The notes under the pieces: model-generated
Databases searched by the model: none
The model's input: only the letters and a program-made list of their open reading frames with translations
Told to the model about the DNA's origin: nothing
NCBI GenBank assembly: GCA_013265495.1
Contig: MU058387.1
Location: 496,001 to 560,000, forward strand
DNA: 64,000 bases
Direction of reading: 5' to 3'
Origin: Vicugna vicugna
Lineage: Eukaryota
Shown: positions 51,251 through 63,522 of the stretch, one piece after another
How positions within the stretch are numbered: the first letter of the stretch is position 1
Layout: each line of letters starts with the position of its first letter
Translations under genes and position numbers: made by a program

Positions 51251-53879
51251 CTGAACAACGCTGCTTTCTTGTTTTAATTTAATTTAATTATAATTTAATT
51301 ATGGAGCCCAGAATTTCTTTGCCTCTTAAATAACAAACAAGATTATTCTCATGACTTGAATAGAGTATTGTCCCCCTAGAAAACACACTATGGCAATGTC
51401 TGTATCCTAATTCTTTAAGTTTCTTTAGTAAAGAAAGTTTATATTTTCTGTCATTTTTTAAAAAGGTAAATGTTTAAGTGATAAAAAAGAGAAAGGGGTG
51501 GAAGGAAACTTGAGTATTGCATTTGGAAGAAGTAACTTCAGAGCTAGATGGTACAAGTGAGACCGCAAGCCAAAGTGTGAGGGTAGCATTTCCCGGTCTG
51601 TACCACTCACTGGGGTCTGAAGCTGCTGTGTCAGTATTGCAAGTGTATATAGAGAGAGGGTTGGACCAACGGGTCCTTGGGGCCACATCGAACAGTATAG
51701 GTATCCTGTGAGGCACATGGCAGCAGAGCTACAAGAAGGGACAAGAAAAAGCCCTACCCCATGCACAGAGAGGACGTATCAGTGGAGACGCACGCCACCC
51801 ACACTGAGACTGGCCCTGGCATGCACATCACCCTTCAAAAAAAGCAAAAAGAGGTGCACTATTTTGAACAGGATATGATTGATTTTATCACCCGGAGAGT
51901 TAAAGACATGGACAATCGGGATTCCACGGTATTGGTTCATGACATCACCTACGAAAAGCAACACGTTCAGTTTATCTTGGACACTATTTGACCCTGATCT
52001 TTGGCATGAGACATACTCAGATAAAGTTTTGAAGATCTATTACAACACAAAGAGTAATGACATATTTCATCATAACGAAAAAAGAAAAATGTTCCTAAAT
52101 GTCTATAATTCTACTTGGAGGTACCCAATTCATAGACAGTCCTTGTTTATTTTCAGCCAACAGTGGAGGATTCAGGGGCTGCGGTGTGGTGGGGAGAGAA
52201 GCTGGTTTTCAGCATCCCTTCTGCCACCAAGAAGGCAAAAGAATCAGTTCAGTTGTGAACTTTTCTGGACCTCAGCCTCCCATTCAATTAAATGAAGGAG
52301 AAAGTAGAAGTTGTCCATCTTTCTCTCAAACAGAAAGCTTTTAATCCGTTCTGCCCTCAATTTGAATGCTGTTTCTCAGATTGACAAATGATGCTACCTT
52401 TGATGAACGTGCTCTTGAGAAAGTTCAAAATATTAAATTGTTTGATATGGATATTTAAAAAGCAGCCCCCCAAAATAAAAAGAAAACCACTACTGTCTTC
52501 AGGCCAACATTTGTGAATTTGTAAAGCTCTTCCTGAAGAAGTCAAAGGAGACCAAAATGGTTTGTTTCCTCTCCTTTGGCTTTGTTTTGATCCCCTACTG
52601 TGCGTGGAAGGATAAAGAGGCATCAGAAAAAAGGAAGAGAAAATAAACCAGGTGATCAATCAGATGACTGAAAGTTTTTTGTTTGTTGTTTTTTTTTTCT
52701 TTAACCCAGAAATCCAGGTGTTAATTATTCCACCAGCTTTCCTACAGGATGCATGAGGAGAAGACAGCAAAGTCTAATACTGTGAGTTCTAAACAAATTA
52801 CCCATATGACAGCCTCTTCACGAGTTCTGTCTCAGCTGCGCATGGAACATTTTACGTTTCCAAAACAGCATCATTCTTTACAAATCTTTTCCAGTATCTC
52901 CTCCACTTTTTCATTCTGTTTCCTTTGTTTACCTCTTCTCGGGGCCACCTGTTACAAGAACTGTCTGTTACTTCCCTGGAACCCAGAAGATTAGGTTCCT
53001 GGCACAAGTTTTGAAAATAAGAAATCCACCAGTGCTTAGCCTTTTGCCAGACTGCTGGTAGCCCTCTGGGTCTGAGGCACTGTCACAGTAATTTCTCTAC
53101 AGAAAACAGGCTTAAAGCTGAGCACTGCTGAGCTCTAATTTTGATTTGGCTTTTGGTACAGAGGTGGCGGTCCTAGGGAAGTTAATTCACTCCTACAGAC
53201 CTATTTTGAAACTGCAATTATTATAGCCACCTCTGTCACACATAAAATTATTCAGTATATTGATTCAGTGGTAGACTGACTGAGGCCAGGGAAAATGTGG
53301 AAGGTGAGGGAGCAGCACCTTATTTTAAATCGCCATCGTGCTTGGCCCACTAGGACCAGCAGATTCTCTCTTTGTGTGGCAGGTGGAGATACAGGCAGTG
53401 GGGCAGCTGAGTTCGAAAATGTAGTTCAAACATCCCAAGAGACCTGATTTCCTAACCAGAGAAGTAGTCTTAATTTGTTGAAGCTGATCGCTTCGTTTTG
53501 ACTTGGCTGACAAAATATTTCCCCAGCTAGGGAAGATGTTTGTATTCCTGATCTGAGTTTGTAGAAAAAGTAAGAGCTACCTGAAGGCACTTTTTTTTGT
53601 GTCCCACTTCAAATGTCTTAAATTTTACACTGTGAATTAGGGGCTTTCCTTTTTATATTTCTTTCCAGCAGTGACCTCTTGTTGCTCTCATCTCTCCAAT
53701 TCCAAGGACAGTGTATGAAACACAGTAGACTGTTCAAAAAATTCATTCATTTGTACATCACTTAATGATTGAATATCTACCATGTGACAATATTCTCCTG
53801 GGCCCCAGGATACAGTAGTAAAACAAAACAAACCAAAAAAGGATCAAAATCCTTCCCCTCCTGGGCTTGGATTCCTGTT

Positions 53880-54125
53880 AGCAAGAGCGCGGGGCGTGGA
53901 TGTCAAAGTCTGCTCCTGCTTACGTCACGTCGAGACCTGATTCTTCCAAGTCCTCCTGTGTGACCTTTAGGCACGTGACTTCACCATCCCATGACCCACC
54001 GCTTTATCTATAAAATAAGGGTGATGATTCTTACCTCACTGGCTTCAGTAAGGATAAAGTCAGTTAACACAGAACTGAGAATGCTGCCTGGGACATAGTC
54101 ACTGCTCAATTTGATCTATTCCTGT
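53880..54125 (+). mobile_element. MIR SINE
   Basis: 'ctgtgtgacctt...tatctataaaataagggtgatg...tacctcactgg...tgcctgggacatagtcactgctcaat'. Confidence 0.75.
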
Positions 54126-54399
54126 CATTCATTTTATTTTAAATTTGTTATACATCTGATGTCCTCATGCCGCCGATAAGGTCCTCTATCCGGCTTCCTG
54201 CTAGCTATGTGTATGCATGATGCCGAATAAATTTTACCTGGAAACCAACACAGACCACAGCGTAAATCTGCAACAGATCAATTATGTCCTGGTTTCATAA
54301 AACTTATATTTGAATGGAGGAAACCAGACCATAGACCACGACATGTCAAGGAATATTGCTATGAAGAAAAACAAATTAAGTTAAGTGACAAAACTTTTA

Positions 54400-54585
54400 C
54401 TTCCGATCGAATGGCCAAGAAGACCTCTCCAATAAGACAGTGGTACAACAGAGACCTGAAAGGCAGCAGGGAGGAAGCCAGGTGTGCGTCTGGGACCAGA
54501 CCAGTCCAGGAAATGGGAACAGCGACTTCAAAGACCTCACAGGGACTAAAGAACTGAGGTTGCTGGACAACAGTAAGAAGTCGAT
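54400..54585 (-). mobile_element. L2 fragment
   Basis: 'aagacctctc...cagagacctgaaagg...ccaggaaatgggaacagc...caaagacc...acagtaagaag'. Confidence 0.65.
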
Positions 54586-56227
54586 TTTTTTCAAAGAGCA
54601 AAAGTAAGTCCATTTTCCCTAATTAGGGAAATCTGAGTGTGAAACTAATTTCTAAAGAGCATTTGCACACTAGTTTTGCTTCATGGTTTACCAGTGATGG
54701 TATTAAAAGTTTTAGTTACTGCTAAAGCGTCACTATCCAGAAGGTAAAATCCTATGCAAATATAAAATGAACCATCAACTCTTGTCAAAGATTTTATTCA
54801 ACTCTTTAGTTAATGAGGGAACCAGGGAGATACTAAGATCCGTTCAAAAAATATTTGTGGAGCTAGGCATTAATAGTCAATTTAATAAAGGAAAGTTTAG
54901 CATAACATTATTGAATTAGGTACAAAATTGGTTATTGTTCTAAAGGATAGTAAGCCATAACTTTGGGATTATCTTTTTACCAGACTTTTTCTTTCTTTTT
55001 TTTTTTTTTTTTTTGTTTTTCACACCTCTCCTGGGTAAAAACCTGCCTGTTAATATTAACTTCATTAAATTGAGATTTTAATCAGTAGTAAACAAGACCT
55101 TGGTTGGGTCCGTCTTTCTACATAACATCGAAAAGATATGTCACCTACCTTTTGCCTTATTTCCAAGTTTCAGATAATTTTTCTTAACATAATTTAACTT
55201 TTAGAGAAATGCTTTTCAAAGATATAATGAGATACAACAAAAAAGAAAACCAAAAACAAGCCAAAGAAAGAATAATGAGATATATGTGGAGTTGCTCAAT
55301 ATATGTTAGTTTCTACCATCTTTAAAAATTCAGGACATGAAGATCCTCATTCATTTTAACTTAGACAAGTCAAGTCGAGTTCCCTCTCTCCCCCGGTAAT
55401 CCCTTTTGTTCCAATAATTTCTTTTGTTTTGTTCAAACAAGCTGAAGTTGAGATTTATTTGTTTTGCTACCAGCAGAGTCCTCACTTGCAGCAAATCAGA
55501 GCTCAGGGGAACAGCCGTTTGAGTTCATTGCCCTCTAGTATTTGATCCTGTTCAGTGGATTGTTCTTATTAGAAACAAATCGCTTTTCATTTCAGACATT
55601 ACTTTCAGCAGCAGCTCATGGTGCACAGGGCTAATTACGTCCACATAGACATAACGGCACCTTGGCGATCCAGAGTCTCTCTGGAGAATGCGTGTAGGAA
55701 TTCTGTTTCTAATTATCAATTGTCATTGTCCCAGGTCCTCCCAATTGTGCAAGAGAGGTGAAGAGAGTCCCTGTGAGCTAAGCTTTTGTACACATCTTAA
55801 TTTTTGAATTGCAAGAGCGTTGCCCTTTTCCTTAAGGTAACATTCACATTTCTGTAGCTTCCTGGACTTTAATCCAAACACAGGAATGAGAAGCATTTCT
55901 CAAGTTCTGTCAGAGACTGAAGGGGGTCGCAAGTCTTCAGCGTCTTTTACCATACTGATGACAATACTTCTTTTTACCCGGTCACCCTTACTTCATAAGA
56001 TGCCTGCCTCACAGCTCATCGTCCAGATATCACAGAGATGACAATCATAAGGAAACAATTACCCTCTCATGACAGCGGGAGTGGGGGTGTGGGTGGGGAG
56101 AGTTTACACTATTAAAAATGAGGGTAAACATTAAGAACTACTCAAAATGAGTTGCAGTGCTAGTTTATTCATCTCTAGCCTCCACGAAGACTTTGTAAGC
56201 TTCTGCAAACCACTGAAGTCATAGATA

Positions 56228-56324
56228 CTAATCAGCTTCAACAGCGCGATCAATTCCAGCACGAAAGTAGTCCACGGTTTCTCTCGATCCAGGTATTTTG
56301 TTCAGCAAGGCCTGGATTTGTGCC
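56228..56324 (-). other. Candidate terminal coding exon of an unrecognised gene
   Basis: Acceptor ctctgctttggccacag, open frame AQIQALLNKIPGSRETVDYFRAGIDRAVEAD-stop, and AATAAA on the - strand at 56164-56169, about 60 nt after the stop; locally CpG-rich. Confidence 0.25.
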
Positions 56325-57139
56325 CTGTGGCCAAAGCAGAGCTCCTGAGGCACCGTTATAAGCCAGGCCTGACTCCTTTGACCAGGCAGCTCTGTGAAGT
56401 CGTTTGCAATCCATTTTCTTTTAATTGGAAACAAATTAGTGCTGTCTGGAGAGAACAATGCTCACATTGAACCTCCATCTTTCGGTGGAGCGCGCCGCAA
56501 ACAGCGTGTGCAATTTTTTTGAACATTTCCTTTTTGGGCTACCACTTTTGAGCCTCCTATTATTTTATGTGGCCCCTAGGGTTCCACTATAAGCAAGCCA
56601 TGAATGCTAATGTGAAAATCTTGCAGTGTTTGGAAGAAATTAAGCCCATGCCATACCCTAATTATTTCACAGGTATCACTGCTTCGCTGGGTAGATTGTG
56701 CGGCAGGAAGCTAACTGAAAATGTTTTTAATCATCTGGTAGACATTAAGCTTGAAAGGGTCTCTGTCTACGCCCATGGCTTGAACTCTGTTTAGTAAACA
56801 GACGGCACACAGCTAACTGCTCTGACTTCTCTTTGATATGACTGCATAAATAAAAGGCCACCACTGCTGTGTGTCTTTCCATTTATGAAGCTTATAACCA
56901 CAGGGTTGTGCTATCATTAAAATGTCTGTGCTGTGGAAGGGACTCTGCCAAGGGTAAATGTCAATTAGTACCCACGGGACAGAAGATGAGTCAGCCACCT
57001 ACTGTCTTTAAGAACATGGTGATTACTTTATAGCTTCTCTAACTCAAAGGTTATTTTTCAAAGGAAGTTGGGGTTAGGTGAGAGATCAAAGCCTTCGTTT
57101 ACTTAGAGCTGAACTCTTCAAGGGCCTTTGGAACCCTGG

Positions 57140-57285
57140 CACCAGAATCACCAAAAGTCCCTGTTAGATATTCAGATTCCTCAACCGAATCCTACCCTTG
57201 ATCTTCTGAACGAGAATTACTGAGTGTCAGACCCCAGAGTCTACACTCTTAAGCACCCCTGGGAGATTCTGATTCACACCAACCC
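57140..57285. mobile_element. MER5-like hAT remnant
   Basis: 'cagaatcacc...cagattcc...ctgggagattctgattcacac'. Confidence 0.5.
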
Positions 57286-59181
57286 CCCCCCCAAAAAAGA
57301 GAAACATCTTTTTCTCACCCCATTCTCCCTATACACACTCTTCTGAGTCGTCCTTCATCTCCCAGACTTGCCCTTGGGGCAAGGAGGTGACTTCACAGTC
57401 ATGTTTAAGGCATATGTTGAAGGGTAGCATTAACAGAAATGATAGTGAAGCCAGTATGTCTACTAAACTGAAATTATCAAAGCCAAGTTAGAGAGTCATT
57501 TAGACAGAATTAAAAGGTCGATCTCACTGACTGGAGAGTAGCTGAGTTGTCCTATGTAATAGTCTGAGTGGGTTAACACCTTTCAGGGGAGTGGGATGCA
57601 GGAGTGATAATACTTGTGTGATTCTCATTAATGCTCATGGACAGCTCACTTTGGCAGATAATCCAAGATTCTGAGAGCGCTATCTGAGTCAGCCTGTCGC
57701 ATGGCTCGGCTGATGGCTAAGGTTTTGGGAGCTGTCTAGGTTGCCCAGAGCAGAAGGGCGTCATGACCCTCAGGGAATGTGCCCCAAACCAACAACTGAT
57801 TTCCATTTCCAGAAGCTTTGTACTAGGCGCTAACTATCCCTGCCTCTACAATCTGAATATTCTAGAAAATGATTTCTTTTTATTTTGGCTCCAATTGAAA
57901 TTTATGTCACGTCTTTATTACAGGCATAATACTTGCTTAGTAAAACTTACTTTGTCTGTCACATTTCCCAAAAAGCTCATATTTTGAGAGATGTCATTTG
58001 AGCAGTGGTGTTTGTGGTTTATTTTAGAGTCAAGCATGTAAAAGAACTGCTCTTCAGCTACTCCAGGAAAATGAAATTATTTCTCAAGCATTACCCAGGA
58101 TGTGTTTCTTAAAGATTACCCATAGTTCTCATTATCTTGGATTTATTACACAAGCAGGACATTCTGTAAGAAGGCTTTAAACACACTTGGTTTTAAACAC
58201 ACTCTTTTTTGATTTCCTGTCATATTTTCAGATACCTTATTGATTATTGCTTCTGGAATATTAGTTCAAACTAGGTAGCATGAATGACATTGGTTCAAAT
58301 TTAGGTTTTAAATACTTAGAAACTTAATGTGACACAGTAAGTGTAAGGCTATTACAAAGTGGCAAAAATCTGTAACTCATGAGATTGACAGTGTAAGTTC
58401 TAATAAAGCGAAAGAAAAGCAACGTAACCAGTTTCTTTTAGAAAATGAGGCAAGAAGGTTTGCTTAAGGGATCTTTAACTACTTCTGTAGAACAAAAGGA
58501 AACTGCTTTGTAGTTCCTAAAAGCAAATCTTCTATAAATGATAAGAATGCTTTCATTTCTACTTTCAACAAATAAAGGGGTGTGTACTCTTGTTTGTTGA
58601 ATTTGACCTTGGAACTCTTCCTTGGAGATCATAGAAAAGTCTCTACTTCTCACCATTAGGTTTCATACAAACCATGGAAATGATTTGTAATGAACAGCAT
58701 CAGTCATTGCAGAGATCCTAAAGACGTACCCTGAGTTTTCCTACCTCCACCTGAACCTAATCCTTGAATTAATGAATGCTAAGCGGGTAAAGGAAAGAGA
58801 TTTGAATGAGTACTACTGTGTTATTACTGTGAACTGAACGCAACGAGGGATTATAGTCAAGATTCAAAAAGTTCTATCTCTTTTTGAGATCACAAAAATA
58901 AGTTATTTGGATGATGAGATTTTATATACATTTTTTGTACATAAGATCATCCTAAAAAGGACTTCTGTCATTTCTCTTTGACAGAGATCCACACTGAAGT
59001 AAAACATTCTGTCTGGGAAGCAGATCCTTGTTGTGAACAGGTTTGGAAAATATGAAACAGGAAGATCCTATGAAAAAAAATTGTGGGGAGTGCCGTGTAT
59101 CCTCATTGCCACAGAGCTGGCTTTGCAGTGCAGAAAGTTTATAGTGGTCTTAATAGGACTCTCAAAAGAAATTATATATAT

Positions 59182-59217
59182 ATCGCTTCTCGGCCTTTTG
59201 GCTAAGATCAAGTGTAG
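59182..59217 (+). pseudogene. 3'-truncated U2 snRNA retro-pseudogene (U2 nt 1-36)
   Basis: ATCGCTTCTCGGCCTTTTGGCTAAGATCAAGTGTAG is identical to the vertebrate U2 5' end as recalled. It is flanked by the direct repeat agaaattatata (59167-59178 and 59216-59227). Confidence 0.93.
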
Positions 59218-60729
59218 AAATTATATACTATTTTTTTTAATGAATCAGTACATCGTTACAATAATAAGAGTGGTCAGAACTTTCTGTTTCATAAAGAGTT
59301 TTCCCCTGGTGCACTGTTCCCAATTCAACAGAAGAAGGAACAACCCCCCCATCCGGAAGTGAAACATCTAAAGCAGTGTCCTAAAATTTATCTGTGTTCT
59401 CCCTGTGTCATGATCCCTCTTTACTTGAGGGAGCTCAGGGCTCCAAGTTGCCCGACCCCTGCCTTGTCAGCCTCTGGGAGGGGAGCTGGCTCTCGGAATG
59501 TCGGGTGCCAGTTCTTCAAACACTGTTTCCTTTCCCAGGAGTCCAGTAAGTGCTGTCTTGTTAAGTCATATGCCCTCCAGAAGGCGAATAGGACTCACAA
59601 AAGAACCTCCATTCTCTTTAGCGGTGACACCGTCTACTTTCCCCAACTTAGTCAGTTCTGGTTCACGGGCGGAAGCTGTCAGACCCAGACTTGCATGGCC
59701 ACGCCCACACCTAACTCACAAATGTCTTTTCTCTCTGACCTTTGCTTTCTTGACTCTCAGTTTACTGTTGTTGTCAAAAGGCGATAAGCATATGGTTGTC
59801 CAGATTACTTCCTGAAAAAGATCCCATTTCGAACTCATTAAATAAATCGTGACTTTGAAAAACTGTGAAGACAGAAAGATGAGTATTTTTGTTCCTCTAC
59901 TCCTCCAGAAAGTGGTTTGGTTAATAAAACTGGTCAAGATTGTATGTGATTGTTAGAAACTATATCTTAGGTGATTTATGTGATAAAGCCGCTTTTGTAT
60001 TACACTTCCTCCTGGAGTTCAGACTTCTCATTATCATTGAATCAGTGCAACCTCCTAACAAGTCTGAAATGTAATTAGAAACACGACTACTTCCTTGTGA
60101 GCTCGAAGGTCCTGCTCTTTTCTTTTATGTCTGATAGCAGCTGCGACTAGACAGTAGCTTATTTTAATTATTTTCAAGCATTTCAGTTGTTGATGCCTAG
60201 GTCTGAATCCATCAAAAACAGCAAAGTCAAGAATTTACTATGCTTCCCCACCCCCCCAAAAACAAAAACAAAAACAAAAGATTGTTATGAATCGACTGTT
60301 TTTAGGAATCCACTAGATGAAGAGAGAGGAATGGGATATAAAAGATTTATTAACTGACCTCAAGGACATTAAAATTAAATAGATAAACAAATGAAATACT
60401 TAAGGGCTAAACTATGCAACTTTTTTTTCCTCTAACGGCAATAGAATTTTGGAGATTTTATAAATTTGTTGGGATTCACAAAGTCTATGGGATCAGACTG
60501 AATTTGAGAATAGCTGGATTTGAATGCATGGAATCCTGGAGGACAGAAAATAGGATAAAAGCCAACGCCTAACTAAATGCACATATTAGAGTCTTCATGA
60601 GCAGTAGATGTTGGAGTCTGCCTGCCAAGGAGGGTCGAATAGGAGAGATGGGGGAACTGGTTTGAATTCACACTATCGATCTAGTTTCTGATGACTTTAT
60701 AAGCCAGGCAAAGTATCTCAGATCATGCC

Positions 60730-61055
60730 CCTCTGAGAGTCGGGTCCTGCAGGAAGCAGGTGCCAAGGCAGAGGAGCACAAGGCAATGCCTTTAAAAGAT
60801 AAAGGGGGAGAGAGGGCAGGAGTAGGCAAGACCTCGAGACCATTGCAGGTCTGACACATGTGAACAAAGAAGGGGAAGGAGGGAGGGTTGTTTAGAAGTG
60901 GCCTCTGACTGCAGTGCACTTGACAAAGTCCCAGCCAGCCCCAAGGGAGCTCTGGTACAAGGCTCACCGGCAGAGGAGGTGACCTTAGACAGAAATGGCC
61001 AAGCTCAGTCATGGTCTGGGAGACGTCCAGGCAGGGCATGGCCTCAGGCACCCAC
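60730..61055 (-). mobile_element. ERVL solo LTR, LTR16-like
   Basis: 'gtcgggtcctgcaggaagcag...tgcaggtctgacac...tgacaaagtcccagccagcccca agggagct...cagaaatggcca...gctcagtcat...tggcctc' is colinear with reverse LTR16. Confidence 0.75.
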
Positions 61056-61084
61056 AGCAGCAGGCACTCTATCATATCTATGCA

Positions 61085-61190
61085 CTTTGTGGTTGTAGCA
61101 CAAAAGTGGCCGCAGACAAAATGAATGAGCATGACTGTGTTCCAATTAAACTTTATTTGCTGCAACCAGCAATGGGCAAAATTTGTCCTA
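61085..61190 (+). mobile_element. MER58-like hAT fragment
   Basis: 'gttgtagcacaaaagtggccgcagac...gaatgagcatgactgtgttccaattaaactttattt'. Confidence 0.8.
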
Positions 61191-61249
61191 CCAAGAATCA
61201 TTTGGAGAATCAGACCTAGGGAATTAATATAGTGAAAGAGGACAGAGAT

Positions 61250-62330
61250 CTTTGCCACGGCCAGAAATCAATAATCAAAGAAATTAGAAGGCATGAGACT
61301 AGGAGATACAGGAGAAGAGACTGGTGAGAGAATTGGAAAATCAAGAGAAAGTAACATTTGGAAGAGAAGACCATAATGAATTTCAAGAAACAGGGGATGA
61401 TCACCTACATCAAAGCTGGCTGATAGGTCAAGAAAAATGACAACTGACCCTTCATCATTGGATTTAGCAACATGGACAACGTTGGCAGGATGACCCTACA
61501 TCCTAGTGAAGAAAATAATAAGGCATGCCATCCAGACCCCCTCTTCAAGGTTGACAGGGGTGTCTTCCAGCCACAGGGAGTACCAGCTGCTCGTGGAATG
61601 CAACGCTGCCTGGAAATTGCCCTCATCTCTTCACATCCAAACTTATGCCCCGGGCCTCCCAATGGCAGCCCATGGCTCATGTGGCAACACAAGGTCTAGC
61701 CCCTTGCCTCCACTGGGGATCCACCACATGAAGGTCCAACCCAGCCTGAACCCAGCCCATAGGAGTGGCTGAGCCTCACTGGTACCCACACGGTAAGTCA
61801 GCATCCCCCTCTACCTGATTCTGCCTTCCTCACTTCCTGACAGTTGTACCCCCTAGAGTAATCCTTCATGAACCTTCTGCACCGAGCTCTCCAGTTCAGT
61901 AGCTAACTCTGTGGAATCCTGTCTAAGACACAAGATTCACCCATGGACCACCTGGGCTGTTGTCTATCATCCTGGTAGAATTATGAATGGCATCCTTTTC
62001 ACTCTCAAATGAGCCTCTGTTTGAGTGCTAAACTGTGTGGTCACCATAGTCATAGGTGACCTTCGCAAGAATGGTGAGGTCGCATAGGACGGGACGTGTC
62101 TGGTTGGGGTGAGGGGAATTGAGAGGGAGGGGTCAGAGGAGAGGAACTGAACACAGAGAGTAAAGGCAATTCTTTAAAAGAGTTTTTCATGTGGAACCAA
62201 GTAAGTTGGAGGGAGCAGTGGCATTGAAGGAGGCATTTGCTTGTTTGTTGAAATGGGAGAACATATAGCAAATGTTTTTGTTAACAAAAATGATCCAGTA
62301 AAGAGGGAACTAGATAAGCCTGACTACTCA
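61250..62330. mobile_element. Antisense L2 interrupted by a sense ERVL-type LTR (about 61500-61930)
   Basis: L2 'cattggatttagcaacatgga' near 61460 resumes as 'gtcataggtgacctt' near 62050; the intervening block ends 'ggaatcctgtctaagaca' like LTR16/33. Confidence 0.55.
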
Positions 62331-62567
62331 GCCTTAGGAGTCCCCATCCATTTAAAAAAAATTGTTTCTTGTAAATTTTTCGTAAGATTAATTTATGAAA
62401 ATGACTTAGTCCAATGTCTACTGCACAGTGGGTATACTGGTAGAATGCGGCCAAAGTCACTCCCAAAGCCTGTAGTGTTTCCCTCACTAAAAGTACACCA
62501 AGGAGTACAACCTCAGAGTGTACAAAGTCTGTCTCACTATCATTCCCCCAAATCAATGCCTTTCCTG

Positions 62568-63090
62568 ACTGGTAAGCAGAATGGTGACCCGGCCTCTCTG
62601 CTCTCCCCAGATGCCCACATCCTAGTCCATGGAATGTGTGAATATGTTGTGGTACATGGCAAAAGGGGAATTAAGGTGGCAGATGAATTAGGGCTGCTAA
62701 TCAGCTGACCTTCCAACAGTGAGGCAATCCTGGATGACCTGAGTGGACCCATACAACCAAGCAGACTCTCAAAAGTAGAAGAGGGGGGAAGAAAAAAAGA
62801 ACCAGAGAAGTGAGACTGTGAAAAGGACTCCATCAGACCTTGCTCAATTTGAAGATGCTGGAAGGGGGCCTCGGGCCAAGGAAAGCAGGCAGCCTCTAGA
62901 AACTTCAGAAGGCTAGGAAAGCATTCTTCCCCTGTGCCTTCAGATAGGATCACAGCTCTTCTGACACTTGGTTTCAGCCCAGCAGGAGCAGGTCAGACTT
63001 GTGACCTCCAGAGCTGTGGGATAAATTGGTACTGTTTAAAGGTGTCACTTTTGTGATCATTTGTTACAGCAGCAAGATGAAACTAATACC
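62568..63090 (+). mobile_element. MaLR solo LTR, MLT1D-like, near full length
   Basis: 'gtgaatatgtt...catggcaaaaggggaattaaggtggcagatg...gctaatcagctgacctt...gcagcctctagaa...atttgttacagcagcaa...gaaactaatac'. Confidence 0.9.
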
Positions 63091-63249
63091 TTGGCTTCCT
63101 ATTGCTGCTCATTACATCTCTAGGACGTCAGGAGAAGATAATATGACAAGGAGAGAATATTCATAACTCTTGTTTCTCCTGTCATTTCTAGTGAGTTTCC
63201 TGAGTATAACATTACATTACCTACCAGAGAAAGTTCTAAAATCTCTTGG

Positions 63250-63522
63250 CTCATATTCACAACTCTCAAGATTCTTGCCCATCATGCTTTCTTCCATCCT
63301 TGTTCCTGATGTTTTATATGCCTGGAATTTCTTTTCCCTTTCCTTGTTGCATTCACTCATTCTTCTCTCTTTAAAATTACATATTAAAACCCAGCTCTTA
63401 TGTGAAGCTTTCCTGATTTTCCCCATCCTCTCCCTCACTTCTCATATTGATGTATCCACTCCCATAGCATACTCCTACTAATATAATAACCACTCATTAA
63501 ATAAGCATTGAATGAATGAATG
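63250..63522 (+). mobile_element. L2 3' fragment
   Basis: 'tgcctggaatt...tgtgaagctttcctgat' and a (TGAA)n tail. Confidence 0.6.

Noticed and set aside
60668..61258. Longest ORF in the track (196 aa)
   Set aside because: It spans LTR16-like and MER58-like fossils and has no recognisable domain.
62241..62953. 155-aa and 137-aa ORFs
   Set aside because: They overlap the MLT1D-like LTR and neighbouring old repeats.
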